Shown here one piece after another: positions 38,040 to 46,912 of a stretch of DNA of 62,045 bases. The stretch's first letter is position 1; every line of letters starts with the position of its first letter. The stretch spans positions 1 through 62,045 of the forward strand of contig JACMLL010000033.1 of the NCBI GenBank assembly GCA_014379635.1. Reading direction: 5' to 3'. Under the pieces are notes generated by a model. It was not told the DNA's origin. It searched no databases and saw only the letters and a program-made list of their open reading frames with translations. The DNA is from Candidatus Saccharimonadota bacterium (GTDB lineage Bacteria > Patescibacteriota > Saccharimonadia > Saccharimonadales > Saccharimonadaceae). The position numbers and the translations under genes were made by a program.

Positions 38040-38262
38040 CTTGTTTCCTTTCTGAAAAAACAAAAAAATCCCTATTTAGTCACTGGAATCCGCGCGAGCG
38101 GACGGTACCATCCAGTTTCTAAAAAGAGATTCTTCTTAGCGCTTAGTTGTTCGATCTAACGAGTCGATCATCGTTCGGTTCTACTCTCACTGCTGATTTC
38201 TTCCGAAAAACATTTGCGGGTGATAGCCGCTTATCCCACGTAGCAGGAATGTTTCACCTATA
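38040..38262 (-). promoter_or_regulatory. T-box riboswitch leader of ileS
   Basis: The minus-strand RNA contains AAACUGGAUGGUACCG (38103-38118), matching the T-box core with a UGGU bulge. A GUGAGAGUAG element lies upstream. AUC sits in the loop of hairpin 38158-38175. A putative promoter TTGCTA-17-TAAGAT is at 38263-38291. Confidence 0.7.
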
Positions 38263-38320
38263 ATCTTACCGTGATTCGTCGTCGTTAGCAACTCCAGAAG
38301 CAAATTGTTCGGTCTGTACC

Positions 38321-38953
38321 CTAGGCAAGCAATTCGCTGCCATATTTTATAACAATTCCAGCCACGACGGCCACAACAAGTATAGCTAAGCTAAATTTAT
38401 CATAATCTTTTTTTATAAACTCTTTTGCTCGTTTTGCCAGTCTAGCCGACAAGTACAAGTTGTTCTCGCGGATATTGTAACGAGTCATCGAGAAAAAGAC
38501 GAAAGTCGTTGATAGCGTAACGAGTAAACACCATGGACACAATGCCTGAATAACAAACATACTCATGTACAACAAATAATACGCAAATACAAACCCGAGT
38601 GCATAACATATTTGAGCCACAAACATAAACTTGCGCGGAAACTTTACACCGGACAAGCCAGCAATAGCGACCGTAATAACGACCGGTTCGGCAAGTAACC
38701 CTAGAAAACTGTTCGGAAATCCAAATAAAGCAGCCGAAGGATGGCTAGCAACAGTCGCACAGTTAATGATTGCGTTAACACTACAAGTCAACACTGCGTT
38801 TGGGTTCCTGGCAAGCTCAACCGCTTCAACCGACAGAACAAAGGACGCAATAAGACTAAGTACTGCCCCAACGAGCATACTTGCAAAGATCCAACGATTA
38901 TCGCGTACCGCTTTGTCTTCGTGCGTAAAGTATACTTTTAATTTACTAAACAT
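38321..38953 (-). CDS. Vitamin K epoxide reductase (VKOR) family membrane protein
   Basis: Four or five TM segments, loop cysteines (CSVNAIINC) and a CPWC redox motif in a TM segment. Confidence 0.8.
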   Translation of the reverse strand: MFSKLKVYFTHEDKAVRDNRWIFASMLVGAVLSLIASFVLSVEAVELARNPNAVLTCSVNAIINCATVASHPSAALFGFPNSFLGLLAEPVVITVAIAGLSGVKFPRKFMFVAQICYALGFVFAYYLLYMSMFVIQALCPWCLLVTLSTTFVFFSMTRYNIRENNLYLSARLAKRAKEFIKKDYDKFSLAILVVAVVAGIVIKYGSELLA

Positions 38954-39203
38954 AATAGCTAACCTCGCTTATTGTTGGTAGTGGCAGGCCGCGCCACATA
39001 GTTTGCATAGCACTATCGTCCGACAGAGCGACAACCGTAGGATATTGCACGATATCATAAGCGCGGCAAAACTGCTCTCCTTCGACAGTCTCAGGATCAA
39101 TTGTTTCTAGGATGTGGCTTGTTTGTCGTTCAAAGTCACGTAAAAAATCAAGGACAGCACGAGCGTGGTCACTTTCATTCTTATAGACGATAACGACTTT
39201 CAT
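38946..39203 (-). CDS. Hypothetical 85-aa protein, possibly a thioredoxin fold lacking CxxC
   Basis: A beta-alpha-beta start (KVVIVYKNESDHARAVLDFL) and a cis-Pro-like YPTVV. Only one Cys. Overlaps the VKOR gene by 8 nt. Confidence 0.45.
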   Translation of the reverse strand: MKVVIVYKNESDHARAVLDFLRDFERQTSHILETIDPETVEGEQFCRAYDIVQYPTVVALSDDSAMQTMWRGLPLPTISEVSYYV

Positions 39204-39209
39204 AAAAGC

Positions 39210-39665
39210 CTATTTTTCCAACTTTTGATGACGTCGGTCTTTCAGAATCTTAACAAAGTCATCAAGCGTTTTAAATTTATGGTAGACACTCGCAAAACGA
39301 ACATAGGCAACTTCATTACGCATCGCAAGTTCGTCAAGGACTTTGTCGCCGACTTGCTTGGAAGTAATTTCGTTTTCACCAATAGCGTAAAGTCCATCCT
39401 CTATGTCTGAAATCATTGCTTCAACTTCAACCTCAGACGCAAAAAACTTTCCGACTGATCGTTTGATGGCATTTGACAATTTTTCTCGGTCGAATAGCTC
39501 GCGCGAACCATCTTTTTTTATAATCGCAAGATTAGGCTTTTCAATACGCTCATAAGTCGTAAAACGGGTGCCGTCTGGAGATTCTCGGCGGCGACGAATC
39601 GTCACTCCGTCCCCGACCTCACGAGACTCGATGACCCTGCTATCACCGATACTATTCTGCGCCAT
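39210..39665 (-). CDS. nrdR: NrdR-family regulator homolog (ATP-cone retained, zinc-ribbon cysteines absent)
   Basis: DSRVIESREVGDGVTIRRRRESPDGTRFTTYERIE aligns with the NrdR segment DTKVIDSRLV...VRRRRQCLVCNERFTTFE. The ATP-cone ends in VAYVRFASVY. Confidence 0.8.
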   Translation of the reverse strand: MAQNSIGDSRVIESREVGDGVTIRRRRESPDGTRFTTYERIEKPNLAIIKKDGSRELFDREKLSNAIKRSVGKFFASEVEVEAMISDIEDGLYAIGENEITSKQVGDKVLDELAMRNEVAYVRFASVYHKFKTLDDFVKILKDRRHQKLEK

Positions 39666-39671
39666 TTCGGT

Positions 39672-40868
39672 CTATGCTTCCTTGTCGTTTGAAGTCTTGT
39701 TTTTCTTGCGACGGCGAAGAAAGGCGGGTGTATCAGATTCTTCTTCGTTTTCATTTGGTTGATTCCAGATGTCGTGAGTTGTCTCTTCCGAAAATGCAGC
39801 GGCGGCGTCTCTGTGATCAAGATTGAGGTCAATCGCATCAACCGCATCGTCTGATAGCCGGGTGCTTTCAGGAACGACCGTTTCGGTTGTATCCGTTTTC
39901 TGGTGGAAGTATGCTGAATCAAAGCCTGTTGCAATCACCGTAATGATCAACTCGTCTTCAAGATCGGGCTTTAAGGTTGCACCGAAGATAATATTCGCAT
40001 CAGGCGAGACAGCACTTGTAATAATTTCTGCAGCTTCTTGAATTTCGCTCATACTCATATCGTAACCACCGGTGACGTTGAACAAGACACCCTTTGCACC
40101 ATCAATCGAAACTTCGATAAGTGGCGACTCAATTGCCTGCTGAGCAGCCTGAGCAGCACGATTGTCACCGCTTGCGCGGCCAATACCCATAAGTGCCGAG
40201 CCAGCATTGCTCATAATCGCCTTGACGTCTGCAAAGTCGAGATTAATTAGTCCGTGTTCGGTAATAAGCTCGGAAATTCCCTGAACTCCCTGGCGAAGTA
40301 CGTCATCAGCAATCTTGAAAGTCTCAAGTAGTGGCGTACGGCGGTCAATTGTTTGTAGCAAGCGGTCATTAGGAATAGTAATCAGCGTATCAACTTGTCG
40401 GCCAAGTTGGGCAATTGCCCATTCGGCATTTTGACGACGCTTTTCACCTTCAAAGCTAAATGGTTTAGTAGCAACGCCGACGACGAGGATACCTAGTTCA
40501 CGAGCGATTTCGGCCACAATATGACCAGCACCACTTCCAGTACCACCACCGGCACCAAGGGTTACAAACACCATATCTGCTCCGGTGAGTGCTTCACGAA
40601 TTTCATCACGTGATTCATTGGCAGCAGCCTCGCCTGTGGCAGGATCAGCCCCGGCACCAAGGCCACCAGTTGTGGTGTGTCCCAGGTGAAGGTTGACATC
40701 AGCTCTGCTATTATGTAGCGCTTGGGCATCGGTGTTCATGGCAATAAATTGCACACCATTTAAGCCAGCGTCTTTCATACGGTTAACGGCTGAGCCGCCC
40801 GCGCCACCGACACCGACTACTTTGATGCTGGCAAACGTTTGTATATCGCTTGGTTTTACTTCAGGCAT
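39672..40868 (-). CDS. ftsZ: Cell division GTPase FtsZ
   Basis: IKVVGVGGAGGSAVNRM and GGGTGSGAGHIVA. The ATG at 40868 has a GGAGA Shine-Dalgarno sequence. The ORF-track start at 40979 overlaps ftsA. Confidence 0.95.
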   Translation of the reverse strand: MPEVKPSDIQTFASIKVVGVGGAGGSAVNRMKDAGLNGVQFIAMNTDAQALHNSRADVNLHLGHTTTGGLGAGADPATGEAAANESRDEIREALTGADMVFVTLGAGGGTGSGAGHIVAEIARELGILVVGVATKPFSFEGEKRRQNAEWAIAQLGRQVDTLITIPNDRLLQTIDRRTPLLETFKIADDVLRQGVQGISELITEHGLINLDFADVKAIMSNAGSALMGIGRASGDNRAAQAAQQAIESPLIEVSIDGAKGVLFNVTGGYDMSMSEIQEAAEIITSAVSPDANIIFGATLKPDLEDELIITVIATGFDSAYFHQKTDTTETVVPESTRLSDDAVDAIDLNLDHRDAAAAFSEETTHDIWNQPNENEEESDTPAFLRRRKKNKTSNDKEA

Positions 40869-40932
40869 GTATCTGTTATCTCCATAGTATTCGTATTCTT
40901 TAATTAGTATACCACTTGCTCGTAAAAAATGG

Positions 40933-42165
40933 CTACGCCTTGAAGCGTGCCAAGAGCTTAGCCACAACCCCGCCCGCATCTATTAGCGGACTACTTGTCT
41001 TCTTTTTACCGCCGTACTGCGAGTTATTTTTGTCGGAATCGAGCAGCATCAGCCCGACAGCAGTCGCAAATTGTGGTTTTTCGATGTTATCGGCCACTCC
41101 GCCATAACCTGAAGTCTTACCGATACGAGCGGCTAGTCCTAGAGATTCTTTGGCATAGTCGACAATACCCTTCAGTTGAGCCGTTCCTCCTGTCAGAACG
41201 ATACCGCCCGGAAGCTTACCGGCGCGGCGCGCTTTTTTCAATTCATTTTGAATTGCTTCAAATATCTCTTCCAGGCGTGCCTCGACTATTTCGTCAATGT
41301 CGCTTGTCTGAAAGGTGTAGATTTCTCCCTCGTATTTTAGGCTGACACCGGAAGTTGTACCCCGCAGCTGCGCAGAAGCGTGCTCAATCTTTAGTTTCTC
41401 GGCAATCTCTGGATCGGTCTTCAGTCCGATAGCCAAGTCGTTGGTAATATTAATACCACCTACAGGAAGAACTGCCGCGTACTGTAAATCCCCTTCTTCG
41501 TAAATTGCAATATTTGTCGTCGCCCCGCCAATATCAATCAGCGCGACACCATTTTCAAGCTGTTGTTCGCTCAGAACAGCCCTGGCCGCGGCGACACCCG
41601 CAACAATAATCGAATGAGGCAATACTTTAGCAGAGTCAGCCGCCTTTTGCAGGTTAGTCAGGTGAGGTGCGAGCGCGGACACAACATGAGCGTCAATCTC
41701 GAGGCGCGTGCCCGTCATGCCAAGTGGATCCTTGATATTGTCTTGTCCATCAAGTTTATAAGCGTGTGGCACAACGTCCAATATTTCGCGGTTAGCCGGT
41801 ACTTTACCAAGCGTTGCCACCTCTTCGATACGAGATAAGTCCTCGTGAGTAATCTCGTGGTCAGCCGCACCGACGGCTATCATGCCATCGGCGTGAGTAC
41901 TTAAAATATGAGTTCCATTAATACTGACTGTTGCCTCATTCACCTGGTAACCACTCATGCGTTCGGCTTCACCGAGAGCATCGTCAATTGCCTGCCCGGG
42001 ACCGCTGAGGTTTACGACCGTCCCTTTTCTCATGCCACTATTTGGGGCGCTACCGACACCGACAATCGTCGGTGAACCTGTTGTTCCGTCTATGTGGGCC
42101 ACGACGCAGCGTACTGTTGTTGTACCGATGTCAATACCGACAGCGTATCGAGAGTTTTCTTGCAT
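40933..42165 (-). CDS. ftsA: Cell division protein FtsA
   Basis: Actin-like ATPase with GIDIGTTTVRCVV and DIGGATTNIAIY. Immediately upstream of ftsZ. Confidence 0.93.
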   Translation of the reverse strand: MQENSRYAVGIDIGTTTVRCVVAHIDGTTGSPTIVGVGSAPNSGMRKGTVVNLSGPGQAIDDALGEAERMSGYQVNEATVSINGTHILSTHADGMIAVGAADHEITHEDLSRIEEVATLGKVPANREILDVVPHAYKLDGQDNIKDPLGMTGTRLEIDAHVVSALAPHLTNLQKAADSAKVLPHSIIVAGVAAARAVLSEQQLENGVALIDIGGATTNIAIYEEGDLQYAAVLPVGGINITNDLAIGLKTDPEIAEKLKIEHASAQLRGTTSGVSLKYEGEIYTFQTSDIDEIVEARLEEIFEAIQNELKKARRAGKLPGGIVLTGGTAQLKGIVDYAKESLGLAARIGKTSGYGGVADNIEKPQFATAVGLMLLDSDKNNSQYGGKKKTSSPLIDAGGVVAKLLARFKA

Positions 42166-42210
42166 GGTACTTAGTATATCGCTAATGCAAGAAGTTGCAA
42201 ACTATATATC

Positions 42211-42966
42211 TTAAAGCTGCGTCAAAATCTCGACACCGTCTTCAGTCACCAGAACCGTGTGCTCAAAATGCGCCGCCAGGCTGCCGTCGCGGGTGCGGAT
42301 AGTCCAACCATCGCTATCGGTCTTAATCTTTTCGCCACCAAGCGTCGCCATTGGCTCAATCGCAATCGTATCACCGGGAACGAGCAGGACGCCTGTTCCT
42401 TTTTGGCCCCAGTTTGGCACTTCTGGCGCTTGGTGCATTTCGTGTCCGACGCCGTGCCCGACTAGCTCGCGAATAATGCCTAATTTACCTTCACGCAAAA
42501 CTTTTTCGACTGCGGCACCAATATCACCCGTATACGTTGGCCCCTTGATTGCGTCAATTCCTGCGAACAAACTCCGCTCGGTCAGGTTAAGCAGGTGCTT
42601 TTTGGCTCCACTCGGAGTTTCACCAACAATCATGCTAAAAGCGCTGTCAGTTTTCATGCCTTTATACGTAATCACTAGGTCAAAACTGGCGATATCGCCT
42701 CGTTCAAATCGGTAGTCGGTGGGAATACCGTGTACGATTTCATCATTCGTCGAGATACAAATAGTATTAGGAAAATTTACTTCAGCTGTTTTATAGGTAG
42801 CCGTCGCACCCAACGCTCTAATCTCATGGGCCACCCAAGCATCAAGCTCAAGCTCGCTCACCCCAACCACAATTTGCTTTTTTAGGCCGTCGTAAATAGT
42901 AGCTAGTATTTTGCCGCCCTCACGCATCGCATTAATTTCGGCAACTGTTTTTAGACGAGCTTGCAT
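42211..42966 (-). CDS. map: Methionine aminopeptidase type I
   Basis: Metal ligands in FDLVITYKGMKTD, GHGVGHEMH and EPM..., with a FEHTVLVTEDG C-terminus. Confidence 0.93.
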   Translation of the reverse strand: MQARLKTVAEINAMREGGKILATIYDGLKKQIVVGVSELELDAWVAHEIRALGATATYKTAEVNFPNTICISTNDEIVHGIPTDYRFERGDIASFDLVITYKGMKTDSAFSMIVGETPSGAKKHLLNLTERSLFAGIDAIKGPTYTGDIGAAVEKVLREGKLGIIRELVGHGVGHEMHQAPEVPNWGQKGTGVLLVPGDTIAIEPMATLGGEKIKTDSDGWTIRTRDGSLAAHFEHTVLVTEDGVEILTQL

Positions 42967-43496
42967 GCAACCAATTCTTCCATAATGCGGTCATGGACCT
43001 GACCGACAGTGCCTGTACCGTCGATGTGAACGATATTAATATTGTGTTCCGTAAAGTAACTCAAAATTGGATACATTTCATGTCGGTAAGTGTTAAACCG
43101 TTCGTCGATTGCCTGAGGTGTATCGTCGGTCCGACCACGAACCTCAAGTCGCATCAATAGCTCACTCTTGGGAACTTCCAGCACAACCACCAGACCGATA
43201 GGCCGTCCGTGAGATGGCTGACTTTCAACCAACCATTGAGCCTGAACGAGCGTTCGAGGAAAGCCATCGATGATCACTTGGCTGATACTGGCCGCCCGCT
43301 TTAAGGCAGCGTCCATAATTTCGTTTACCTTTTCCGGCGCAATCAACTTGCCTGCTTGCATTTCGCCCAGCAGTTCAATATTACGAGTATCACGCAGTAA
43401 TTGACCAGTGCTCAACCAACGCCATCCCTGACGGGCAGCCAACATTTGCCCTTGGACGCTCTTACCAGCTCCGGCGGGACCAAAGAATATAATCAT
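42951..43496 (-). CDS. adk: Adenylate kinase (short-LID form)
   Basis: P-loop GPAGAGKS, DGFPRT, and a short RGRTDD lid. Conserved adk-map adjacency. Confidence 0.85.
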   Translation of the reverse strand: MIIFFGPAGAGKSVQGQMLAARQGWRWLSTGQLLRDTRNIELLGEMQAGKLIAPEKVNEIMDAALKRAASISQVIIDGFPRTLVQAQWLVESQPSHGRPIGLVVVLEVPKSELLMRLEVRGRTDDTPQAIDERFNTYRHEMYPILSYFTEHNINIVHIDGTGTVGQVHDRIMEELVACKLV

Positions 43497-43517
43497 AATA
43501 AATGCTCCTTTTTGTTT

Positions 43518-43970
43518 TTATTGTAGCGCGTTTTTAACAAGTCGTGCGACTGTCGCGCCGTCGGCACTGTTACCAAGTTCTTTTTTAACCGCACCAATGA
43601 CCTGGCCCATTGCACTCGGACCACTGACACCAAGCTCACCGACAACACGACTTACCACTAGAGAGATTTCGTTTTCAGACAATTGTATCGGTAAATAGGC
43701 CACCAAAACTTTTGCCTCAGCGCGCTCGTTGTCGGCCAGTTCTGGGCGCTCAGCACCGTCATAAATACTGGCGCTCTCGTTACGCTTTTTGACTTCACGG
43801 GCAACTATCTGTTCAATCACCTCGTCGCTCAAGCCTTCATCGCGCTTATTTTGGGCAACTTCTTCATTGAGAATTGCTGCCTTCAGCCCACGCAAAACTT
43901 CTCCCCCAAAACGATCGCCGCCTAATAAGGCGGCTTTTAAATCGTTATTAACCTGCTCTTTTAGAGCCAC
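43518..43970 (-). CDS. GatB/YqeY domain-containing protein
   Basis: MALKEQVNNDLKAALLGGD...LRGLKAAI is typical of YqeY. Downstream of rpsU, as in many bacteria. Confidence 0.8.
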   Translation of the reverse strand: MALKEQVNNDLKAALLGGDRFGGEVLRGLKAAILNEEVAQNKRDEGLSDEVIEQIVAREVKKRNESASIYDGAERPELADNERAEAKVLVAYLPIQLSENEISLVVSRVVGELGVSGPSAMGQVIGAVKKELGNSADGATVARLVKNALQ

Positions 43971-43972
43971 GC

Positions 43973-44188
43973 TTAACGGAGTCCTAGGCGTGCTTTGTTT
44001 AGCTTTTCAGCTTTGCGTTCTTTACGAATAATCGCTTTGGCGCGGCGCTCGGTCTTGCTAAGAGGTTTAGCAAATCGCATAGAAGCCTTGGCTTCAGCGA
44101 GTACGCCACTCTGCAAAACTTTACGGTTAAAACGACGAATAATATTCTCGTTTGCTTCTCGTTCATCTTTACGTGTTACTTGTACCAT
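43973..44188 (-). CDS. rpsU: 30S ribosomal protein S21
   Basis: MVQVTRKDEREANENIIRRFNRKVLQSGVLAEAK. The ORF-track start at 44218 includes the putative -10 box. Confidence 0.9.
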   Translation of the reverse strand: MVQVTRKDEREANENIIRRFNRKVLQSGVLAEAKASMRFAKPLSKTERRAKAIIRKERKAEKLNKARLGLR

Positions 44189-44229
44189 ATGAGGTGTATT
44201 GTAACAGAGAATGAACATCGGTGCAACAG

Positions 44230-45858
44230 CTATGCGCCCCCAATGTCCAACAATCGCCCTTCAACACTGCGTCGGCCCTGCCATTCGTTCAATGTTGGCT
44301 GAAACAACAAAGTTACTGTCTCGCCTGGTTCAGCAAAAAAATGACTCGGAGCGCCAAAAGCGAGAACCTGCATCCTTTTTCCTAGCTTATCTTTTACCTC
44401 TAGTTTGACGTGTTGGTTATCTGCCCCCATGCGGCGCTGATCGGTTACGATGACATTTTCTATTTTTAGAATTGGCTCAGGATTACCGCTACCAAACGGC
44501 TCAAGGTCAGAAAGTTGCAAGATAAGACTTTCGGTCACTTCTGCAAAATCTTCGATAACGACATCCGCCTTCGGAAGTAGCAATGCTGCCTGGTTCAATA
44601 AGTTTTTAGACCGATAGAACTCATTGACCCGCACTCGAAAAGCCGCAATATTTTCGGTTGGTAACGTCACACCAGCCGCTAAGGTATGTCCTCCACCCTT
44701 GGTAATAATGTCATCAGACGCGCGAATAGCCTCGACGGCGCTGAAACCACCGTAGCTACGGGCCGAGCCTTTGGATTGTTCCCCTATTTCTTGCAGGACA
44801 TAAGTCGGTTTTTTGTATTTTTCTAATAATCTTGCTGCCACAATGCCGACGATTCCATGATTCCAATCTGCACCACTCACAACTAGCACGGGATCTTTAT
44901 CGTATTGTTCGGCTTGCAAAATAGCTGCCTTCAAAATCACCGCTTGATCTGATCGCCTGGTTTGGTTCAAGACGTCGAGCTGTTGGGCCTTTTCAAAGGC
45001 GATTTCATTATCACCCGCTAGTAGCATGTCCAAAGCATGACGTGCAGTCTCGAGCCGTCCAGCCGCATTCATCCGCGGCCCCAGTCCAAAGCCGAGTGAA
45101 CGACTGTTTAGCGTGTTCGGATCAACCTTAGCAACTGCCATCAAAGCCTTTAGGCCGGGTCGGCGAGTTTTAGCAAGAACTTGCAGCCCGAAATAGACAT
45201 TCGTGCGATTTTCATCAACCAGTGTCACGACGTCACAGACCGTACCGAGTGCCACCAAATCAAGCAACCACTTCTCGTGTCCAGCAGGTAAGCCCTCCAG
45301 ACGAGTCTGCAAGGCTTGGACTAACTTAAAAGCGACCCCTACACCCGCAAGATCAATAAACGGATAACTGTGATCCTTTCTTTTTGGATTCACTACCGCT
45401 ATCGCAAGCGGCTGTACGTCGCTTACGTTATGGTGGTCGGTCACGATAATATCAACTCCGAGCGCATTCGATCGCTCAATTTCCTTGTGGCTCAAACTAC
45501 CGCAATCAACCGTTACTATCAATTGAGCACCACCGGCCACAATTTGTTCCACGGCATCAACCGTCAGCCCATACCCCTCAACAAAACGATTGGGAATAAA
45601 AGCATCGACATGCTTAAACCCAAACGACCTAAACGCGTCAATCAGAACGGTTGTTGCCGTTAATCCGTCAATATCGTAGTCACCATAAATTGTAATGTGT
45701 TCTTGTTTGTGGCGAGCTTGAACCAACCGCTCAACCGCTTTTGCCATATCCGGAAGTAAAAATGGATCGTGCTTTTTTACATAATCTGGAGAAAGAAAAT
45801 CAGCCGCCACATCAGCTGTTAAACCGCGGGCGGCAAGAATCTGCTCAAACAATGACAT
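44230..45858 (-). CDS. recJ: Single-stranded-DNA-specific exonuclease RecJ
   Basis: DHH motifs (IYGDYDIDG, VTVDCG, IIVTDHH) and a DHHA1 GGGH motif. Confidence 0.92.
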   Translation of the reverse strand: MSLFEQILAARGLTADVAADFLSPDYVKKHDPFLLPDMAKAVERLVQARHKQEHITIYGDYDIDGLTATTVLIDAFRSFGFKHVDAFIPNRFVEGYGLTVDAVEQIVAGGAQLIVTVDCGSLSHKEIERSNALGVDIIVTDHHNVSDVQPLAIAVVNPKRKDHSYPFIDLAGVGVAFKLVQALQTRLEGLPAGHEKWLLDLVALGTVCDVVTLVDENRTNVYFGLQVLAKTRRPGLKALMAVAKVDPNTLNSRSLGFGLGPRMNAAGRLETARHALDMLLAGDNEIAFEKAQQLDVLNQTRRSDQAVILKAAILQAEQYDKDPVLVVSGADWNHGIVGIVAARLLEKYKKPTYVLQEIGEQSKGSARSYGGFSAVEAIRASDDIITKGGGHTLAAGVTLPTENIAAFRVRVNEFYRSKNLLNQAALLLPKADVVIEDFAEVTESLILQLSDLEPFGSGNPEPILKIENVIVTDQRRMGADNQHVKLEVKDKLGKRMQVLAFGAPSHFFAEPGETVTLLFQPTLNEWQGRRSVEGRLLDIGGA

Positions 45859-45859
45859 C

Positions 45860-46159
45860 TTAGATATCTGACGGCGAACGCTTCGGGCGACCAGCGTGCT
45901 GTTGTGACTTTATAACAATACTTTGAAGTTCTTTAAAAATAGCGAACTGTTTGTTGGTAGCGTAAATTTTAGTGTTACCTTGTTTTTCGCTCGTCAAAAA
46001 ACCAACTTTTTCGAGCCGTTTTAGTTCACGTTGAATATTACCTGGGTCTTCTTTGATTAGTTTGGCCAGGCCGCGAACATGAGTACGAAAATCAGGATAT
46101 TTCGCATAGACCACTACAATTTTTCGCCGTACCCGAGATGTAATAAAAACGTCTAACAT
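45860..46159 (-). CDS. Small winged-helix (ArsR-like) transcriptional regulator
   Basis: LAKLIKEDPGNIQRELKRLEKVGFLTSEKQGNTKIY, an HTH plus wing. AAAGGAAA Shine-Dalgarno sequence. Confidence 0.7.
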   Translation of the reverse strand: MLDVFITSRVRRKIVVVYAKYPDFRTHVRGLAKLIKEDPGNIQRELKRLEKVGFLTSEKQGNTKIYATNKQFAIFKELQSIVIKSQQHAGRPKRSPSDI

Positions 46160-46226
46160 GATTTCCTTTATTTAACTGACTACCTCACACTGTTGCTTTT
46201 TATTCTACAGTTTTGTACTGGATGGG

Positions 46227-46883
46227 TCAACGCCAATTCAAAACAATTTGATTTATTTTAGCAATCGTCTCCTCGTGAGACGGTATAATATTTTGATTAT
46301 AATAATGATCAGTTCCCATAAAGTTGTCTTTGACGTCCAAAATATGAAGCTCGTCAGCCAAGATATGCAGTCGGTCAACCGCTTGCACGCTGGCGATCGG
46401 TGTGGCGACAACCAATCGCTTAATACAGATTGGCTTTATGAAATCGACAGCCACATCAAGCGAGGCACCATTATCAAGCCCATCCGACACCAAGATAACG
46501 ACGTGGTTCCGTAATAAATCATTGTCGATAATTCCCCCGTCCCCAAGCAAGCGATTCATTCTTTGGAAAGCCTCACGCTTTTGCTCGTCAAGATACCCGT
46601 GAAATTCACCGGCATATTCTTCGATCTCACCCGTCGAGAACATGCCATTGTAGGTAAATCCTCCATTTTGCGAGACTGCACCAAAGCTTAGACTTTCACC
46701 TGGTATCTGGATATCCTCTGTCAGCAACATCATGAGGACGCAGTGTAGGGCGGCGGCAATTTGTTCGCCAACCAAAACGGCTCCATCGCTGAGCGCAACG
46801 ACGGCACAGTTTTCATAGCGGTACTGCTCGACTAGCTGAACGGCCAGCAGTTGCCCCGCCTGTTCTCGACTCTCAAAATACAT
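46227..46883 (-). CDS. Phosphoribosyltransferase-family protein (function unknown)
   Basis: FESREQAGQLLAVQL...VVALSDGAVLVGEQIAAAL and the PRPP-loop-like VVILVSDGLDNGAS. Confidence 0.7.
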   Translation of the reverse strand: MYFESREQAGQLLAVQLVEQYRYENCAVVALSDGAVLVGEQIAAALHCVLMMLLTEDIQIPGESLSFGAVSQNGGFTYNGMFSTGEIEEYAGEFHGYLDEQKREAFQRMNRLLGDGGIIDNDLLRNHVVILVSDGLDNGASLDVAVDFIKPICIKRLVVATPIASVQAVDRLHILADELHILDVKDNFMGTDHYYNQNIIPSHEETIAKINQIVLNWR

Positions 46884-46912
46884 ATGCTTATTTTAGCAGT
46901 ATACTGGTAGAT

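Noticed and set aside
39672-40979. ORF-track N-terminal extensions: ftsZ to 40979, lysS to 18520, pilin to 31846, receiver to 2419, rpmE from 24995, rpsU to 44218, LPXTG to 55693, ileS to 38063, secA to 12965, and YggT to 35105.
   Set aside because: The extensions use TTG or upstream ATG codons that overlap neighbouring genes, terminators or promoters. They add residues absent from the protein families. Internal ATGs with a Shine-Dalgarno sequence or -10 context fit better.
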